Of a stretch of 64,000 nucleotides of DNA, positions 9,604-19,751 are shown in pieces. The notes beneath the pieces were generated by a model, which did not search any database, was not told the origin of the DNA, and saw only the letters and a list, made by a program, of their open reading frames with translations. How positions within the stretch are numbered: position 1 is the stretch's first letter; each line of letters opens with the position of its first letter. The DNA is taken from contig OZ244744.1 in assembly GCA_965219455.1 (NCBI GenBank), positions 800,001-864,000 of the forward strand, given 5' to 3'. Made by a program: the position numbers and the translations under genes. The stretch comes from Candidatus Latescibacterota bacterium. Its GTDB lineage: Bacteria; Latescibacterota; UBA2968; GCA-2709665.

Positions 9604-11574
9604 TTAATGGATGTACCGCTCACGCAAGAACCGTGTAATCTCGGAGACGGTCATCTCCGTGCCACGAATAGCATCGTGGACGCGAAATTGCCACGGCTCC
9701 GGGCCCAGCGCCGCCCGCCATTTCCGGATCGCGGCCACGTTGGCCCCGCCGGCCCTCTCAAGCGAGTCCAGCGCCGCATCAAGCTGTGCCTGTACGTCGG
9801 GGTCGGCCAGTTCGCGTGTCGCCACCTGCTCCGCAACGTGATAGATGCAGCGGGCGAGTTCCACGTAGGTCATGACGACGCGAGTCTCATTGACACAATC
9901 CGGGCGCTCGAATTCAGAAGCAATCTCCATTGCCCGGCGGCACGTGTCCACTTTTTCCTCAAAAGCCTCTGCACGTTCATAGTACCGGAACATGCCCTCG
10001 CCGAGATACGGTCGCTGTTTCCGCCGAATCATCTCGACCGCCTTTCCCCAGGAATAACAGATCGGAAAATCCGAGTCGTAGACATCAAACGCCACGGGCC
10101 CTATCCGTTCCGACCATTCCCCGAATGCCTCGGCATCGGCATCGCCTTCCCTCGTGGCCCACGCGATGGCGAACTCCTTCACACTCCGTCCGTTCAAATT
10201 CCACGAATACTCCGCCAGGGCCGCGACATTGAACCCGCACGTCTCCTTGCCCAAGGGCACCCACGCCATCATTCCGTAGGCCCCGCTGTATTGCCGCCGT
10301 ACAAGCTGGCCCACATAGTCCCGGATCCGATGCGGGGACGACTGCGGTAACTTGAACTCGGGGGTTTCCACACGTCCGTTCGCGGTGATCGGCACGTCGT
10401 AGCTGGCGATCCATCGACCCTGCGAAGCATGGTAATCCAGCAGGGGGTTGGCCGTCAGGTCTCTGGGCAGGTTCATCACGCGCTCCATTTCGGTGGCGCA
10501 GGCGCGCTCGATTTTGACTTCCGGCGGCAACTCCGCTACAACACGGTAATCCCGCTCCGAGGTCGTGGTGGACAGAAACACGCGAATGTTGAAACCGGGA
10601 TACCGCGGGCGAATGCGCCTCCAGGCTTTGACAAACGCCCTGGATTCAAGCACAAACTGCCCGTGGGCCGTGCAATCGTCACATTCACACTGCGCGGGCC
10701 GCTCGCTCAGCCAGCAGCCCACCTCGGGTGCGCCCTGGGAGGCGATATCCGCCATCCACTCTGCCAGTATATCCACCAGCCGGGGATTGGACGCGCACGG
10801 CGCCCGATGCTGATTGCCCTCCTTGTGGGCGAAATATCGCCCTGCCAGCGCGCCGTCGCCCTTGCCCGCCAACTCTGGATAGGCGCGATACAGGCCGCGG
10901 TCGTGCAGAAAATTCAAATGGGTGATAAGCGGCACATAGTGAAATCCGAGCAGGCGCGCCTCTTCCATAAGCGCCGAATCGATACGGGCGCTGTTCGGTT
11001 TCCCCCGCACCACCGTCGACAGTTCCGTGGAGTCCATTTTTCCATAGTTCAATTTCATCGACGCCATCCACGGAATCCATTCCTCCGGCGGTGGAAAGTT
11101 CCACATGCCGCGTTCGTCCATATCCGGCCAATCGGTCACTGAAACGAGCGGAATGCGGATGTTGTCGGGCGCCCGCATCGGCTCCAGGAGTTGGCGAAGT
11201 GTCTGGGCCGCATACGAGATTCCGGGTTCAGACAACGCGGCCAGCACCAGGCGTTGCTGTCCCTCCGGCCTGATCGTATATGCCTGACCGCAATTCGGCA
11301 ACCCCTGCAACCGCTCCGCATCCGGCCCGCTATCCACCACCCCGATCGCGATCTCAAACGCGCCGCCGACGGGTTTTCCGCCCGCCGCGGTGGCGCACAG
11401 GCGTTCCAACATAGCTGCCGCATGTTTCTCGATCGCGCCCGCTCCGGGCCTCGCCACAACCGAAACCTCTTCGGGCCGGCATTCAACGTCACCCTCAAAA
11501 GTGATCTCGTGCGGAAGTGGCAACAGATACCGCTTCCATTGCTCGTAGCGTCTTTCCATCGCTTGTTCATCCAT
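9604..11574 (-). CDS. Hypothetical protein with GH20 zincin-like N-terminal domain
   Basis: LLPLPHEI...QAYTI...GISYAAQTLRQL...VTDWPDMDERG pattern. The start is uncertain (ORF open to 11664). Confidence 0.7.
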   Translation of the reverse strand: MDEQAMERRYEQWKRYLLPLPHEITFEGDVECRPEEVSVVARPGAGAIEKHAAAMLERLCATAAGGKPVGGAFEIAIGVVDSGPDAERLQGLPNCGQAYTIRPEGQQRLVLAALSEPGISYAAQTLRQLLEPMRAPDNIRIPLVSVTDWPDMDERGMWNFPPPEEWIPWMASMKLNYGKMDSTELSTVVRGKPNSARIDSALMEEARLLGFHYVPLITHLNFLHDRGLYRAYPELAGKGDGALAGRYFAHKEGNQHRAPCASNPRLVDILAEWMADIASQGAPEVGCWLSERPAQCECDDCTAHGQFVLESRAFVKAWRRIRPRYPGFNIRVFLSTTTSERDYRVVAELPPEVKIERACATEMERVMNLPRDLTANPLLDYHASQGRWIASYDVPITANGRVETPEFKLPQSSPHRIRDYVGQLVRRQYSGAYGMMAWVPLGKETCGFNVAALAEYSWNLNGRSVKEFAIAWATREGDADAEAFGEWSERIGPVAFDVYDSDFPICYSWGKAVEMIRRKQRPYLGEGMFRYYERAEAFEEKVDTCRRAMEIASEFERPDCVNETRVVMTYVELARCIYHVAEQVATRELADPDVQAQLDAALDSLERAGGANVAAIRKWRAALGPEPWQFRVHDAIRGTEMTVSEITRFLRERYIH

Positions 11575-11717
11575 CGGCTTGTGTTTCCTGGCACTGAACT
11601 CAAATAGGTTGGCAGTATCGTCAAAAGGCCGGTATATGATTGCTACGGTGCACGGTAAAGTCAAGCCATAACGGCAGTCCGTACCGACGTCTGCCCGAAC
11701 CGATTCCAGGAAAACTA

Positions 11718-11746
11718 TTGACAGCCGGCAACCCGTTGGTTAACAT
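11718..11746 (+). promoter_or_regulatory. sigma70-type promoter for dut-ispH
   Basis: TTGACA-17 bp-TAACAT. Confidence 0.6.
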
Positions 11747-11785
11747 TATTTCATTGAGAAACCTGCCCCGAAAGGAAACGCGACG

Positions 11786-12232
11786 CTGGGCGAGCCCGTA
11801 AAGAAAATCCGAATTAAGAGAGTGGACGCTTCGCTCCCACTACCGCGCCATCAGACACCGGGCTCGGTCGGATTCGATCTGCTCTGCCGGAAGGGCGTTC
11901 TCGTTCCGCCGGGTGAAATTCGCCTTGTTCCAGCCAATCTCATCGTTGCAGTGCCCCCCGGGTATATGCTCCTGCTCGCCGCCCGCAGCAGCCTGCCGTA
12001 CAAAAAAGGCCTGATGGTACCGAATGGCGTCGGCATTGTCGATCAGGATTACCGGGGTCCCAACGATGAGATTCACATCCAGGTCTACAACTTTACGGAC
12101 CGTCCGGTGAGTGTCCGGCGCCGTGAGCGGCTCGCACAGGGCATCTTCGTCCGCATCGCCCAGGCCGAATGGGAGGAACCGGAACGCCTCGACGCACCAG
12201 ACCGGGGCGGATTCGGCAGCACCGGCATATAG
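11786..12232 (+). CDS. dut: dUTP diphosphatase
   Basis: GSVGFDL, ARSS, GIVDQDYRG, RGGFGSTG. The start is either CTG 11786 (after AAAGGA) or GTG 11822. Confidence 0.95.
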   Translation: MGEPVKKIRIKRVDASLPLPRHQTPGSVGFDLLCRKGVLVPPGEIRLVPANLIVAVPPGYMLLLAARSSLPYKKGLMVPNGVGIVDQDYRGPNDEIHIQVYNFTDRPVSVRRRERLAQGIFVRIAQAEWEEPERLDAPDRGGFGSTGI

Positions 12233-12301
12233 CGTACCCTCGGGCGGGCGCCCGGGTTCTTTCAATCCCGTTTGTCAGTAATCACCGACACGAGTCGAAC
12301 C

Positions 12302-13525
12302 ATGGCACGCCAATTCAACATTCCTGACTTCTACAAGAGTCCCGTTATCTCACGTGTGAAGGCGTTCAGGCAGATGCAGGACACGCGCAAGCGGGATCTT
12401 TCGCCTTCAGTGCTCGACTTCGGTCCGGTTCGATTTCTGCTGGCCCGGCATTTCGGGTTCTGTTTCGGCGTAGAAAACGCCATCGAAATCGCTTACAGGA
12501 CTCTGGAGGAACACCCGGATCGACGCATCTTTTTCCTCAACGAAATGATCCACAACCCGAACGTCAACAACGACCTCCAAGACAGGGGCGTACAGTTCAT
12601 ATTCGACCCGTACGGAATGCAACTCATTCCATGGGATCACCTTGAACCGGAAGATATCGTCGTGGTACCCGCTTTCGGTACCACTCTGGAAATTCAAGAA
12701 GCCCTGGCCTCCCGTGGCATTGACGCCTACACGTACAACACGACCTGCCCCTTTGTGGAGCGGGTCTGGAACCGGAGCGCCAAACTGGGTGATTCGGGAT
12801 TCTCCGTGGTCGTACATGGAAACGACACCCACCAGGAAACCCGCGCCACCTTCTCCCACAGCATCCGAAACGCGCCCACGGTTGTGGTAATGGACCTGAA
12901 CGAGGCGTACATTCTTGCCGACGTCATCCGGGGCACGGCAGACCGAGATATATTTTTAGAACGCTTTGGACACAAGTGCTCGGAAGGCTTTGACCCGGAC
13001 CGCCACCTTCAACGCATCGGAATCGTCAATCAGACAACCATGCTGGCCACCGAAACACGGCATATCGCGAAAGTCTTGCGCGAAACCCTGGCGGACCGTT
13101 ATGGAGAGGCCAACATACAGAAACACTACGCCGACACCTCGGACACCCTCTGCTACGCAACCAATGAAAACCAGAACGCGACGTATGTCCTCGTCGAGCA
13201 GGACGCGGACGTGGCGCTCGTCGTGGGCGGTTACAACTCCTCCAACACGTCCCACATCGTGGAACTCTGCCGCGAACAGATGCCTACCTACTTTATCAAA
13301 GACGCGGATGAGATCCGCTCGGAATCCGTTATCCGGCATTTCGATCCGGCAACAAAAAAAGCCGCCGTTGCAACGGACTGGCTGCCGGACAATCGTCCCC
13401 TTACCGTGGCGTTGACGTCCGGCGCCTCGTGCCCCGACGCCATTGTAGATGCAGTGCTGTTGCGCGTCCTCTCCTTTTTCGACCCCTCGCGATCCCTCGA
13501 CGAAGTCCTCGCCTGCTACGCGTGA
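12302..13525 (+). CDS. ispH: 4-hydroxy-3-methylbut-2-enyl diphosphate reductase
   Basis: FGFCFGV, IHNP, TTCPFV, QTT, TLCYAT, GGYNSSNT, SGASCPD. Confidence 0.95.
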   Translation: MARQFNIPDFYKSPVISRVKAFRQMQDTRKRDLSPSVLDFGPVRFLLARHFGFCFGVENAIEIAYRTLEEHPDRRIFFLNEMIHNPNVNNDLQDRGVQFIFDPYGMQLIPWDHLEPEDIVVVPAFGTTLEIQEALASRGIDAYTYNTTCPFVERVWNRSAKLGDSGFSVVVHGNDTHQETRATFSHSIRNAPTVVVMDLNEAYILADVIRGTADRDIFLERFGHKCSEGFDPDRHLQRIGIVNQTTMLATETRHIAKVLRETLADRYGEANIQKHYADTSDTLCYATNENQNATYVLVEQDADVALVVGGYNSSNTSHIVELCREQMPTYFIKDADEIRSESVIRHFDPATKKAAVATDWLPDNRPLTVALTSGASCPDAIVDAVLLRVLSFFDPSRSLDEVLACYA

Positions 13526-13546
13526 ACGGCCCGTTCAGTAAGCGGT

Positions 13547-14779
13547 TCAAATGGACGTCAACGGCCCGAGTGCGACCACCGCCGGTTCACCATCAAGAGG
13601 AAACCGCTCCAGATATTCGGCGATGCGTTCCGGCGTCACGGCGTCGATCTCGGCCAACTCTTCTTCCAGCGTTTTCAGCGGCGTACCGGTACTCAAACTT
13701 CCCACAATCTGCGAAAACCGCCGGAGCCCGTGCTCACCGCCGGTCACCAGGGCCGTCGCCTGCTTCGTCTTCGACCGGGCAAGGGCTTCTCCGTCCACTC
13801 CCCGCTTCAGTTCGTCCACTTCCTGCCGGACAATCTCCAGCACTCGCGAAACGTTTTTCGGATCAACAGAGACATATATGTAAAACAGTCCGGTATCGCT
13901 GAATCCGCAAAAATCCGCGGACGCCTCGTCAGCCAGCCCCTTCTGAATAACCGACCAGAACAGACGGCTATTACTGGCCGCGCCCAGATAGTGGGCCAGC
14001 AGATCGGAGGTCGTCGCCCATTCATCCGAATCGGGTGGCGCGGGATACGCCAGGGCGATATGCTCCCGGATCACGTTCGGGCGCTCCAGCACCCGTTTGG
14101 CTGGCCGAAATCCCGGTTCCATCTGCTCTCGAACCGCCTCGTGCGACTGCCACCCTCCACAATGAGTTTCAGCCGCACGAATCATTTCATCGCGATCGAA
14201 CCTGCCGGTAATCACAAACGTCATGTTGTCGGGCGCGTATCGCTTTTGGAAGTAATCCGCCATCTGCCCCCGGGAAATTGACCCGACCGTGTCCTCGGTG
14301 CCCAGTACGCTCTGCCCCAGCGGATGCCCCGCGAACGCTTCCTGTATCAGTTCGTCGATGATCAGCGCATCCGGCCGGTCACGATACATGGCGATCTCTT
14401 CCAGGATTACTTTTTTCTCCATATCGAACTGGTCTTCGGGAAGCGTCGACCGCATCATATCGGCCAGAATTTCCGCCGAATCCACGGCCCTTTCGCTCTG
14501 CACCCAGTGAAAATAGGCCGTGCCCTCCCACCAGGTATACGCATTCCACATCGCGCCCAGATCGTCGACGTCGAGGCTCAACTGTCGCCAATCCCGGTTG
14601 GCAGTGCCCTTGAAACACATATGCTCCAGAAAATGCGACACCCCGGCCAGTTCCGCCGGCTCGTCGCGCGAACCGGTATGCACGTAGAATCCCAATGCCG
14701 CCGAGTTAATCCTTGGAATCGACTCAAATACCAGTTGAAGGCCGTTATCGAGCATGTGGGTAGAAAACGGTGAGTGCAT
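13547..14779 (-). CDS. M16-family zinc peptidase (catalytic subunit)
   Basis: HFLEHMCFKGT (HxxEH) plus EKKVILEE. Confidence 0.93.
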   Translation of the reverse strand: MHSPFSTHMLDNGLQLVFESIPRINSAALGFYVHTGSRDEPAELAGVSHFLEHMCFKGTANRDWRQLSLDVDDLGAMWNAYTWWEGTAYFHWVQSERAVDSAEILADMMRSTLPEDQFDMEKKVILEEIAMYRDRPDALIIDELIQEAFAGHPLGQSVLGTEDTVGSISRGQMADYFQKRYAPDNMTFVITGRFDRDEMIRAAETHCGGWQSHEAVREQMEPGFRPAKRVLERPNVIREHIALAYPAPPDSDEWATTSDLLAHYLGAASNSRLFWSVIQKGLADEASADFCGFSDTGLFYIYVSVDPKNVSRVLEIVRQEVDELKRGVDGEALARSKTKQATALVTGGEHGLRRFSQIVGSLSTGTPLKTLEEELAEIDAVTPERIAEYLERFPLDGEPAVVALGPLTSI

Positions 14780-14810
14780 GGAAATCTCCTGGGAATGCCC
14801 GCCGGTTCTA

Positions 14811-15005
14811 GTGTTCTGTCCCGGAAATAGTTTGCCTGAATTCGGCCGTCGAGTCGCCCGGCTCGCAAGGCGCCTGAGCGAGGCGACCTGCGCAAGGTCG
14901 GCGAGCGAGAGGAACGCAGCGAGACGGGATGAATCGGCCTGCCTGTGCGGAAGCCCTGCACGCAGACAGGCGGAAGAATGGTGAGATATTTCTGGGACGG
15001 GACAT
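14811..15005. mobile_element. MITE copy 1 (TA-flanked) carrying a 33-bp palindromic insertion at 14938-14970
   Basis: Ends GTGTTCTGTCCCGGAAATA...TATTTCTGGGACGGACAT. Alignable along its length to 59904-60066. Confidence 0.8.
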
Positions 15006-16252
15006 TAGTACGCGTCCAGGGCCCTGGGTCCCAGCGTTACAAGCGTGGCGGGCGAGGGTGGAAAGGCAGCCAGATAGGCTGGCACCTGGTCCAGCGTCAC
15101 GTCGTCAATCCCCGCTGCAATCTGCTGAATCGAACGCGGCCGCCCGTCCAGAAACAAACCATCCATCATACTGCCCACGCGACCCTCCGGCAAATCGCCT
15201 GTTGTGAACAACTGGCCCTTCAGAACGGTCTTCGCCCTGTCGAGTTCGGCCTGTGTCACATCCTCCGCGACCCGCCCCACCTCCCGCCGGCACACGGCAA
15301 GGGTTTCATCCGCACGGTCAGCCGTAGTGCCGGCGTACAGCACAATAAGACCGCCGCCCCGGCGCGCCCGATAGGAGGCCGAAACACTGTAAGCCAGCCC
15401 CCGCTTTTCCCTCACCTCGGTGAACAGCCGGCTGGACCCGCTGCCTGAAAGCACAGCCACTGTGAGTTGGGCCGCATAGTAGAGTGCATCACCCCGTGGC
15501 GCGGCTCCAAAAAGAAGCCCGATGTGCGCCTGCTCGGACTGTTTGCGATGGTGCACGGTCCGGTCGGCCACAGAAAGTGGGTAAGGATCTTCGGGCGGAA
15601 GCCCGGATCTCTCCCAGTCGCCGAACGCCGCGTCCACTGCCCGGATCATCTCTTCCGGGTCCAGGCCGCCGGCCACTGAGATCAGGAGACGTGGCGGGCT
15701 GCAGAACCGCCCCCAGAAATCGCGCACGTCAGGCGGGGCAATAGTGGCAACCGTCGCGCCTTCACCCAGCGGATTGCGGCCCATCGGATCCCCTAACCCG
15801 GCCAGGTAAGTCATGTAGAGAACCTGGTGTGTCGGATTGTCTTCAAGGCGTTTCAGTTCCTCCAGGGCAAGCGTTTTCGCCACCTCAACCTGTTCATCGG
15901 GAAAGGATGCGCCGCGAAACACCTCGGCGTAGAGTTTCAGCCCTTGAAAATAATGTCCCGGCAACAGCTGTACCTGAAACTCGGTGAATTCCACGGTCGT
16001 CGCGGAGGCGCGTCGGGCGCCCAGGGAATCGAAGGCATCGTAAATCGAGCGCGCGTCCCGGGTCGGCGTACCCTTCAAAAGCGTTTCTTCGGCTACCCAG
16101 GCCAGCCCCAGCCGGTCGGAAGGGTCGTCTTTCGCCCCGAAGCCGAACCGGAAAGCAACCACAACGGATTGGGCGCCGGGCATGGACTCGGTGACGACTT
16201 CAATCCCATTCTTCAAGGTGTGTCGCTGTGGTTCGCATGAACGCATAATCAT
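15005..16252 (-). CDS. M16-family peptidase, non-catalytic partner subunit
   Basis: M16 fold with SSRLFTEVREKRGLAY, but HxxEH is replaced by WVAEE. Confidence 0.9.
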   Translation of the reverse strand: MIMRSCEPQRHTLKNGIEVVTESMPGAQSVVVAFRFGFGAKDDPSDRLGLAWVAEETLLKGTPTRDARSIYDAFDSLGARRASATTVEFTEFQVQLLPGHYFQGLKLYAEVFRGASFPDEQVEVAKTLALEELKRLEDNPTHQVLYMTYLAGLGDPMGRNPLGEGATVATIAPPDVRDFWGRFCSPPRLLISVAGGLDPEEMIRAVDAAFGDWERSGLPPEDPYPLSVADRTVHHRKQSEQAHIGLLFGAAPRGDALYYAAQLTVAVLSGSGSSRLFTEVREKRGLAYSVSASYRARRGGGLIVLYAGTTADRADETLAVCRREVGRVAEDVTQAELDRAKTVLKGQLFTTGDLPEGRVGSMMDGLFLDGRPRSIQQIAAGIDDVTLDQVPAYLAAFPPSPATLVTLGPRALDAY

Positions 16253-16443
16253 CCTTCCATGAATTGGTCCTGCGCGAAGCCCGTATCCGTCTGGCAGATC
16301 GTGGAAAAAAGGAAGACGGAATATAGGTTACGGCGTGCGCAAGTGAAAGCAAAACATGGCGTCAAATTGCAAATTCCCCAACTTCAATACGTCCCCGGCC
16401 CCCACGGCCTGCCGCGCTGAGCCCCCACGTTCCATCTTTCCAC

Positions 16444-16472
16444 TTGACACAGCCCAACCCATTGGCTAATTT
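16444..16472 (+). promoter_or_regulatory. Promoter upstream of lysine riboswitch
   Basis: TTGACA-17 bp-TAATTT. Confidence 0.55.
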
Positions 16473-16487
16473 GTTTCTTTGCGAAAG

Positions 16488-16664
16488 GCAAGGGTAGAGG
16501 CGCAGGTTTTCAAGAGTACCCGGTGATAACGAGGCGTAACCTACGCATCGGCGAAAGGGAAAACCTGCCGAAGTCCCGAATCTGCTCCGCCGCAGAGAGG
16601 GGCTGGTCCACCTGGATAAAATCCGCTGGACTGTCACGGAATGTGCCGTGGAGTGCTCTCTTGC
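16488..16664 (+). ncRNA. Lysine riboswitch (L-box) aptamer
   Basis: P1 gcaaggg/ctcttgc, AGAGGCGC, GAAAGGG, GCCGAA, ACTGTC, GGAGTGCT. Lies directly upstream of dapA. Confidence 0.88.
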
Positions 16665-16687
16665 GCCATCCATGCTGGAACCTGCAC

Positions 16688-16733
16688 GGCCGGCCTTGCC
16701 TCCACCCCCCTCGGGAACCGGCTGTTTTTTTTT
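16688..16733 (+). terminator. Riboswitch expression-platform terminator
   Basis: cggccgg...ccggctg followed by a T9 run. Confidence 0.65.
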
Positions 16734-16784
16734 ACTCCCTGATGGGCAATCCGTTTCTCCCTATTTTTACCTGGAGGTGGCCCC

Positions 16785-17822
16785 ATGTTATTCAGCGGAT
16801 GTTACACGGCCCTCATCACACCCCTGGACCTCGACAAAGGCGTGGACAACCCCGGGCTGGAAAAGCTGGTGAATTTCCAGATTTCACAGGGTGTAAACGG
16901 TGTCCTGGCAGTGGGCACAACCGGCGAAAGTCCCACCCTCAACAGTGGAGAACACAACAGCGTCACGGAACGGGTCTGTGCCCTGGCCAGAGGGAAATGC
17001 CGCGCTATTGCAGGTACTGGCGGAAATTCAACGGAGGAAACCCTGCGCGCCACGGAGCACGCCGCGCACGCCGGCGCAGATACCGCCCTTCTGGTAGATC
17101 CCTACTACAACGGCCCCAGTTCGCTTGAAATCCGCCGGGAATACGTTGCTCCCGTTGCGGAAGCCTTTCCGGAACTCCAGATGGTCCCCTACGTCATTCC
17201 GGGCCGTTCGGGAACGAAACTGCTCCCGGAAGACCTGGCCGTTCTGCACCGGGACTACGGAAACGTCAACGCCGTCAAAGAAGCCACGGGCGACCTGGAA
17301 AACATGGCCCGGACGCGTGAAGTCTGCGGGGACGATTTCTACATTCTTTCCGGCGACGACGACATAACCCATGCGATGATGACCAACGCCCGCATCCGCG
17401 CAGTCGGCGTCATCTCCGTCATGTCCAACGTGGTCCCCGGACCCATACAGCGTTTCACGCAAGCGATCCTCAAGGGCGATATGGTTGAGGCGGATCGCCT
17501 GGCGGATGCGCTCAAGCCCCTCTTCGGAATGGTCACCATTCTGTCGGACGAAGAAACACCCTTCGGAACGACACAGGTTAAAGCCCGTAATCCCGTGCCC
17601 ATAAAGACATTGATGAATATTCTTGGCATGCCGGCGGGTCCGTGCCGGCGGCCGTTGGGCAGGATGAACCAGAGCGGCCTGATACAGGTCCTTGAAAACG
17701 CACGAACCGTGCAGGACAACAACCCGGAACTCTTCGCCCCCATCGAACAGTTTTTCAACGTGGATATTTCAAACCGTCTCAATGACGCCTCGATTCTAGA
17801 AGATCTCGCGTACGTAGACTAA
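16785..17822 (+). CDS. dapA: 4-hydroxy-tetrahydrodipicolinate synthase
   Basis: GTTGESPTL, PYYN, VKEATG, LSGDD, NPVPIK. Confidence 0.95.
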   Translation: MLFSGCYTALITPLDLDKGVDNPGLEKLVNFQISQGVNGVLAVGTTGESPTLNSGEHNSVTERVCALARGKCRAIAGTGGNSTEETLRATEHAAHAGADTALLVDPYYNGPSSLEIRREYVAPVAEAFPELQMVPYVIPGRSGTKLLPEDLAVLHRDYGNVNAVKEATGDLENMARTREVCGDDFYILSGDDDITHAMMTNARIRAVGVISVMSNVVPGPIQRFTQAILKGDMVEADRLADALKPLFGMVTILSDEETPFGTTQVKARNPVPIKTLMNILGMPAGPCRRPLGRMNQSGLIQVLENARTVQDNNPELFAPIEQFFNVDISNRLNDASILEDLAYVD

Positions 17823-17846
17823 CCCGTGAATCCTGGAAGGAGTGGA

Positions 17847-19640
17847 ATGGGAACGACAAGAACCACAAACCGTAAGCTGCTGAACTGGGTAGAAGAAGCC
17901 GCGAAACTGTGTAAACCAAACAACATCCACTGGAGCGACGGTTCCCAGGAAGAGTACAATGATCTCGCCGGAGTTCTATGCCGGGCGGGCACCTTTGTAC
18001 GGCTGAACCCGGACCGACGCCCCAACAGCTTTCTTGCCCGGTCGGATGCGGGTGACGTCGCCCGCGTGGAAGACCGAACCTATATCTGCACGACGAACGA
18101 AGACGACGTCGGACCCACCAACAACTGGCGTGAACCCATTGAAATGAAACGCGACCTTAATGGCCTGTTCGCCGGTTCGATGCGCGGACGGACCATGTAC
18201 GTCATCCCCTTCTCCATGGGCCCCATCGGTTCGCCTACGTCCAAGATCGGCGTCGAAATTACGGACTCGCCTTACGTGGTCTGCAGCATGTACATCATGA
18301 CCCGAACGGGCGACCGGGTGCTGGACGCCCTCGGGGACGGAGACTTTCTGCCGTGCATGCATTCGGTGGGCGCCCCACTCGAGCCCGGACAGAAAGACGT
18401 CGCCTGGCCGTGCGACGCGGATCGAAAATACATCGTACACTTTCCCGAAGAGCCCTCCATCTGGTCGTACGGCTCGGGCTACGGCGGGAACGCCCTGCTT
18501 GGCAAGAAATGTTTCGCCCTCCGCATTGCGTCGACCATGGCCCGTGACGAAGGCTGGATGGCCGAGCACATGCTCATCCTGGGCCTCACCTCTCCCGAAA
18601 AAAGAAAACATTACCTCGGCGCCGCCTTCCCATCCGCGTGCGGTAAGACGAACCTGGCCATGTTGCTACCCACGGTCCCGGGATGGGAAGCCCGCTGTGT
18701 GGGCGACGACATTGCCTGGATGCGGCCGGGGGCCGACGGCAAGCTCAGGGCGATCAACCCGGAGGCCGGATTCTTCGGCGTCGCGCCCGGCACCAGTCTG
18801 GATACCAATGCACACGCCATGGCCGCCCTGACCAGGAACAGCATCTTCACCAACACGGCGCTCACACCCGAGGGCGACGTCTGGTGGGAAGAGATGACAG
18901 ACGATTCGCCCCCGCAACTGGAAGATTGGCTGGGCCGCCCCTGGACGCCGGGTTCGGGAGACAAGGCCTCCAATCCCAACGCCCGGTATACGGCCCCGGC
19001 CGTGCAGTGCCCCGTAATCGATCCGGAGTGGGAAAACCCCGATGGCGTCCCCATGTCCGCCTTCATCTTCGGCGGCCGCCGCTCATCGGTGGTTCCCCTG
19101 GTCTTCGAAGCGCTGAACTGGCGGCACGGCGTCTTTCTGGGCTCCATTATGGCGTCTGAAACCACGGCCGCCGCCGCCGGCGCCGTGGGTAAGCTGCGAA
19201 GAGATCCGTTTGCAATGCTTCCTTTCTGCGGCTATAATATGGGCGACTATTTCAGACACTGGTTTGAAATCGGCGCCAGGCTGGGCGACAACGCACCCAG
19301 AATCTTCTACGTGAACTGGTTTCGAAAGGACACGGACGGCAACTGGCTTTGGCCCGGTTTCGGCGAAAACAGCCGCGTACTCAAATGGATCTGCGGACGC
19401 ATTGAAGGTACGGCCGACGCGGTTGAAACCCCAATCGGGTACGTACCCACCCCCGACGCCCTGGATCTCAAAGGCCTGGATGTCCCGGATGCCCACGTGA
19501 AGGCGTTGCTTTCGGTGAATGCGAATGACTGGCGCGCCGAACTGCCCGATATCCGCGAGTTCTACGCCGGCTTTGGAGACCACCTGCCGCAGGAATTGCT
19601 GACCGAACTCAACGCCCTTGAGCAACGCCTCAGCGCCTAG
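17847..19640 (+). CDS. pckG: Phosphoenolpyruvate carboxykinase (GTP)
   Basis: [47 protein letters not shown]. Confidence 0.97.
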   Translation: MGTTRTTNRKLLNWVEEAAKLCKPNNIHWSDGSQEEYNDLAGVLCRAGTFVRLNPDRRPNSFLARSDAGDVARVEDRTYICTTNEDDVGPTNNWREPIEMKRDLNGLFAGSMRGRTMYVIPFSMGPIGSPTSKIGVEITDSPYVVCSMYIMTRTGDRVLDALGDGDFLPCMHSVGAPLEPGQKDVAWPCDADRKYIVHFPEEPSIWSYGSGYGGNALLGKKCFALRIASTMARDEGWMAEHMLILGLTSPEKRKHYLGAAFPSACGKTNLAMLLPTVPGWEARCVGDDIAWMRPGADGKLRAINPEAGFFGVAPGTSLDTNAHAMAALTRNSIFTNTALTPEGDVWWEEMTDDSPPQLEDWLGRPWTPGSGDKASNPNARYTAPAVQCPVIDPEWENPDGVPMSAFIFGGRRSSVVPLVFEALNWRHGVFLGSIMASETTAAAAGAVGKLRRDPFAMLPFCGYNMGDYFRHWFEIGARLGDNAPRIFYVNWFRKDTDGNWLWPGFGENSRVLKWICGRIEGTADAVETPIGYVPTPDALDLKGLDVPDAHVKALLSVNANDWRAELPDIREFYAGFGDHLPQELLTELNALEQRLSA

Positions 19641-19751
19641 GTCGCGGATGCGGCGTGAAGCGAGGCGAATCGACCTGTCCCGGCGGGCGCACCGTTTTTT
19701 CTCGAACGATACGCCTCCTCTCCCGGTCGCGTTGTCCCCGGAGAATACCTC

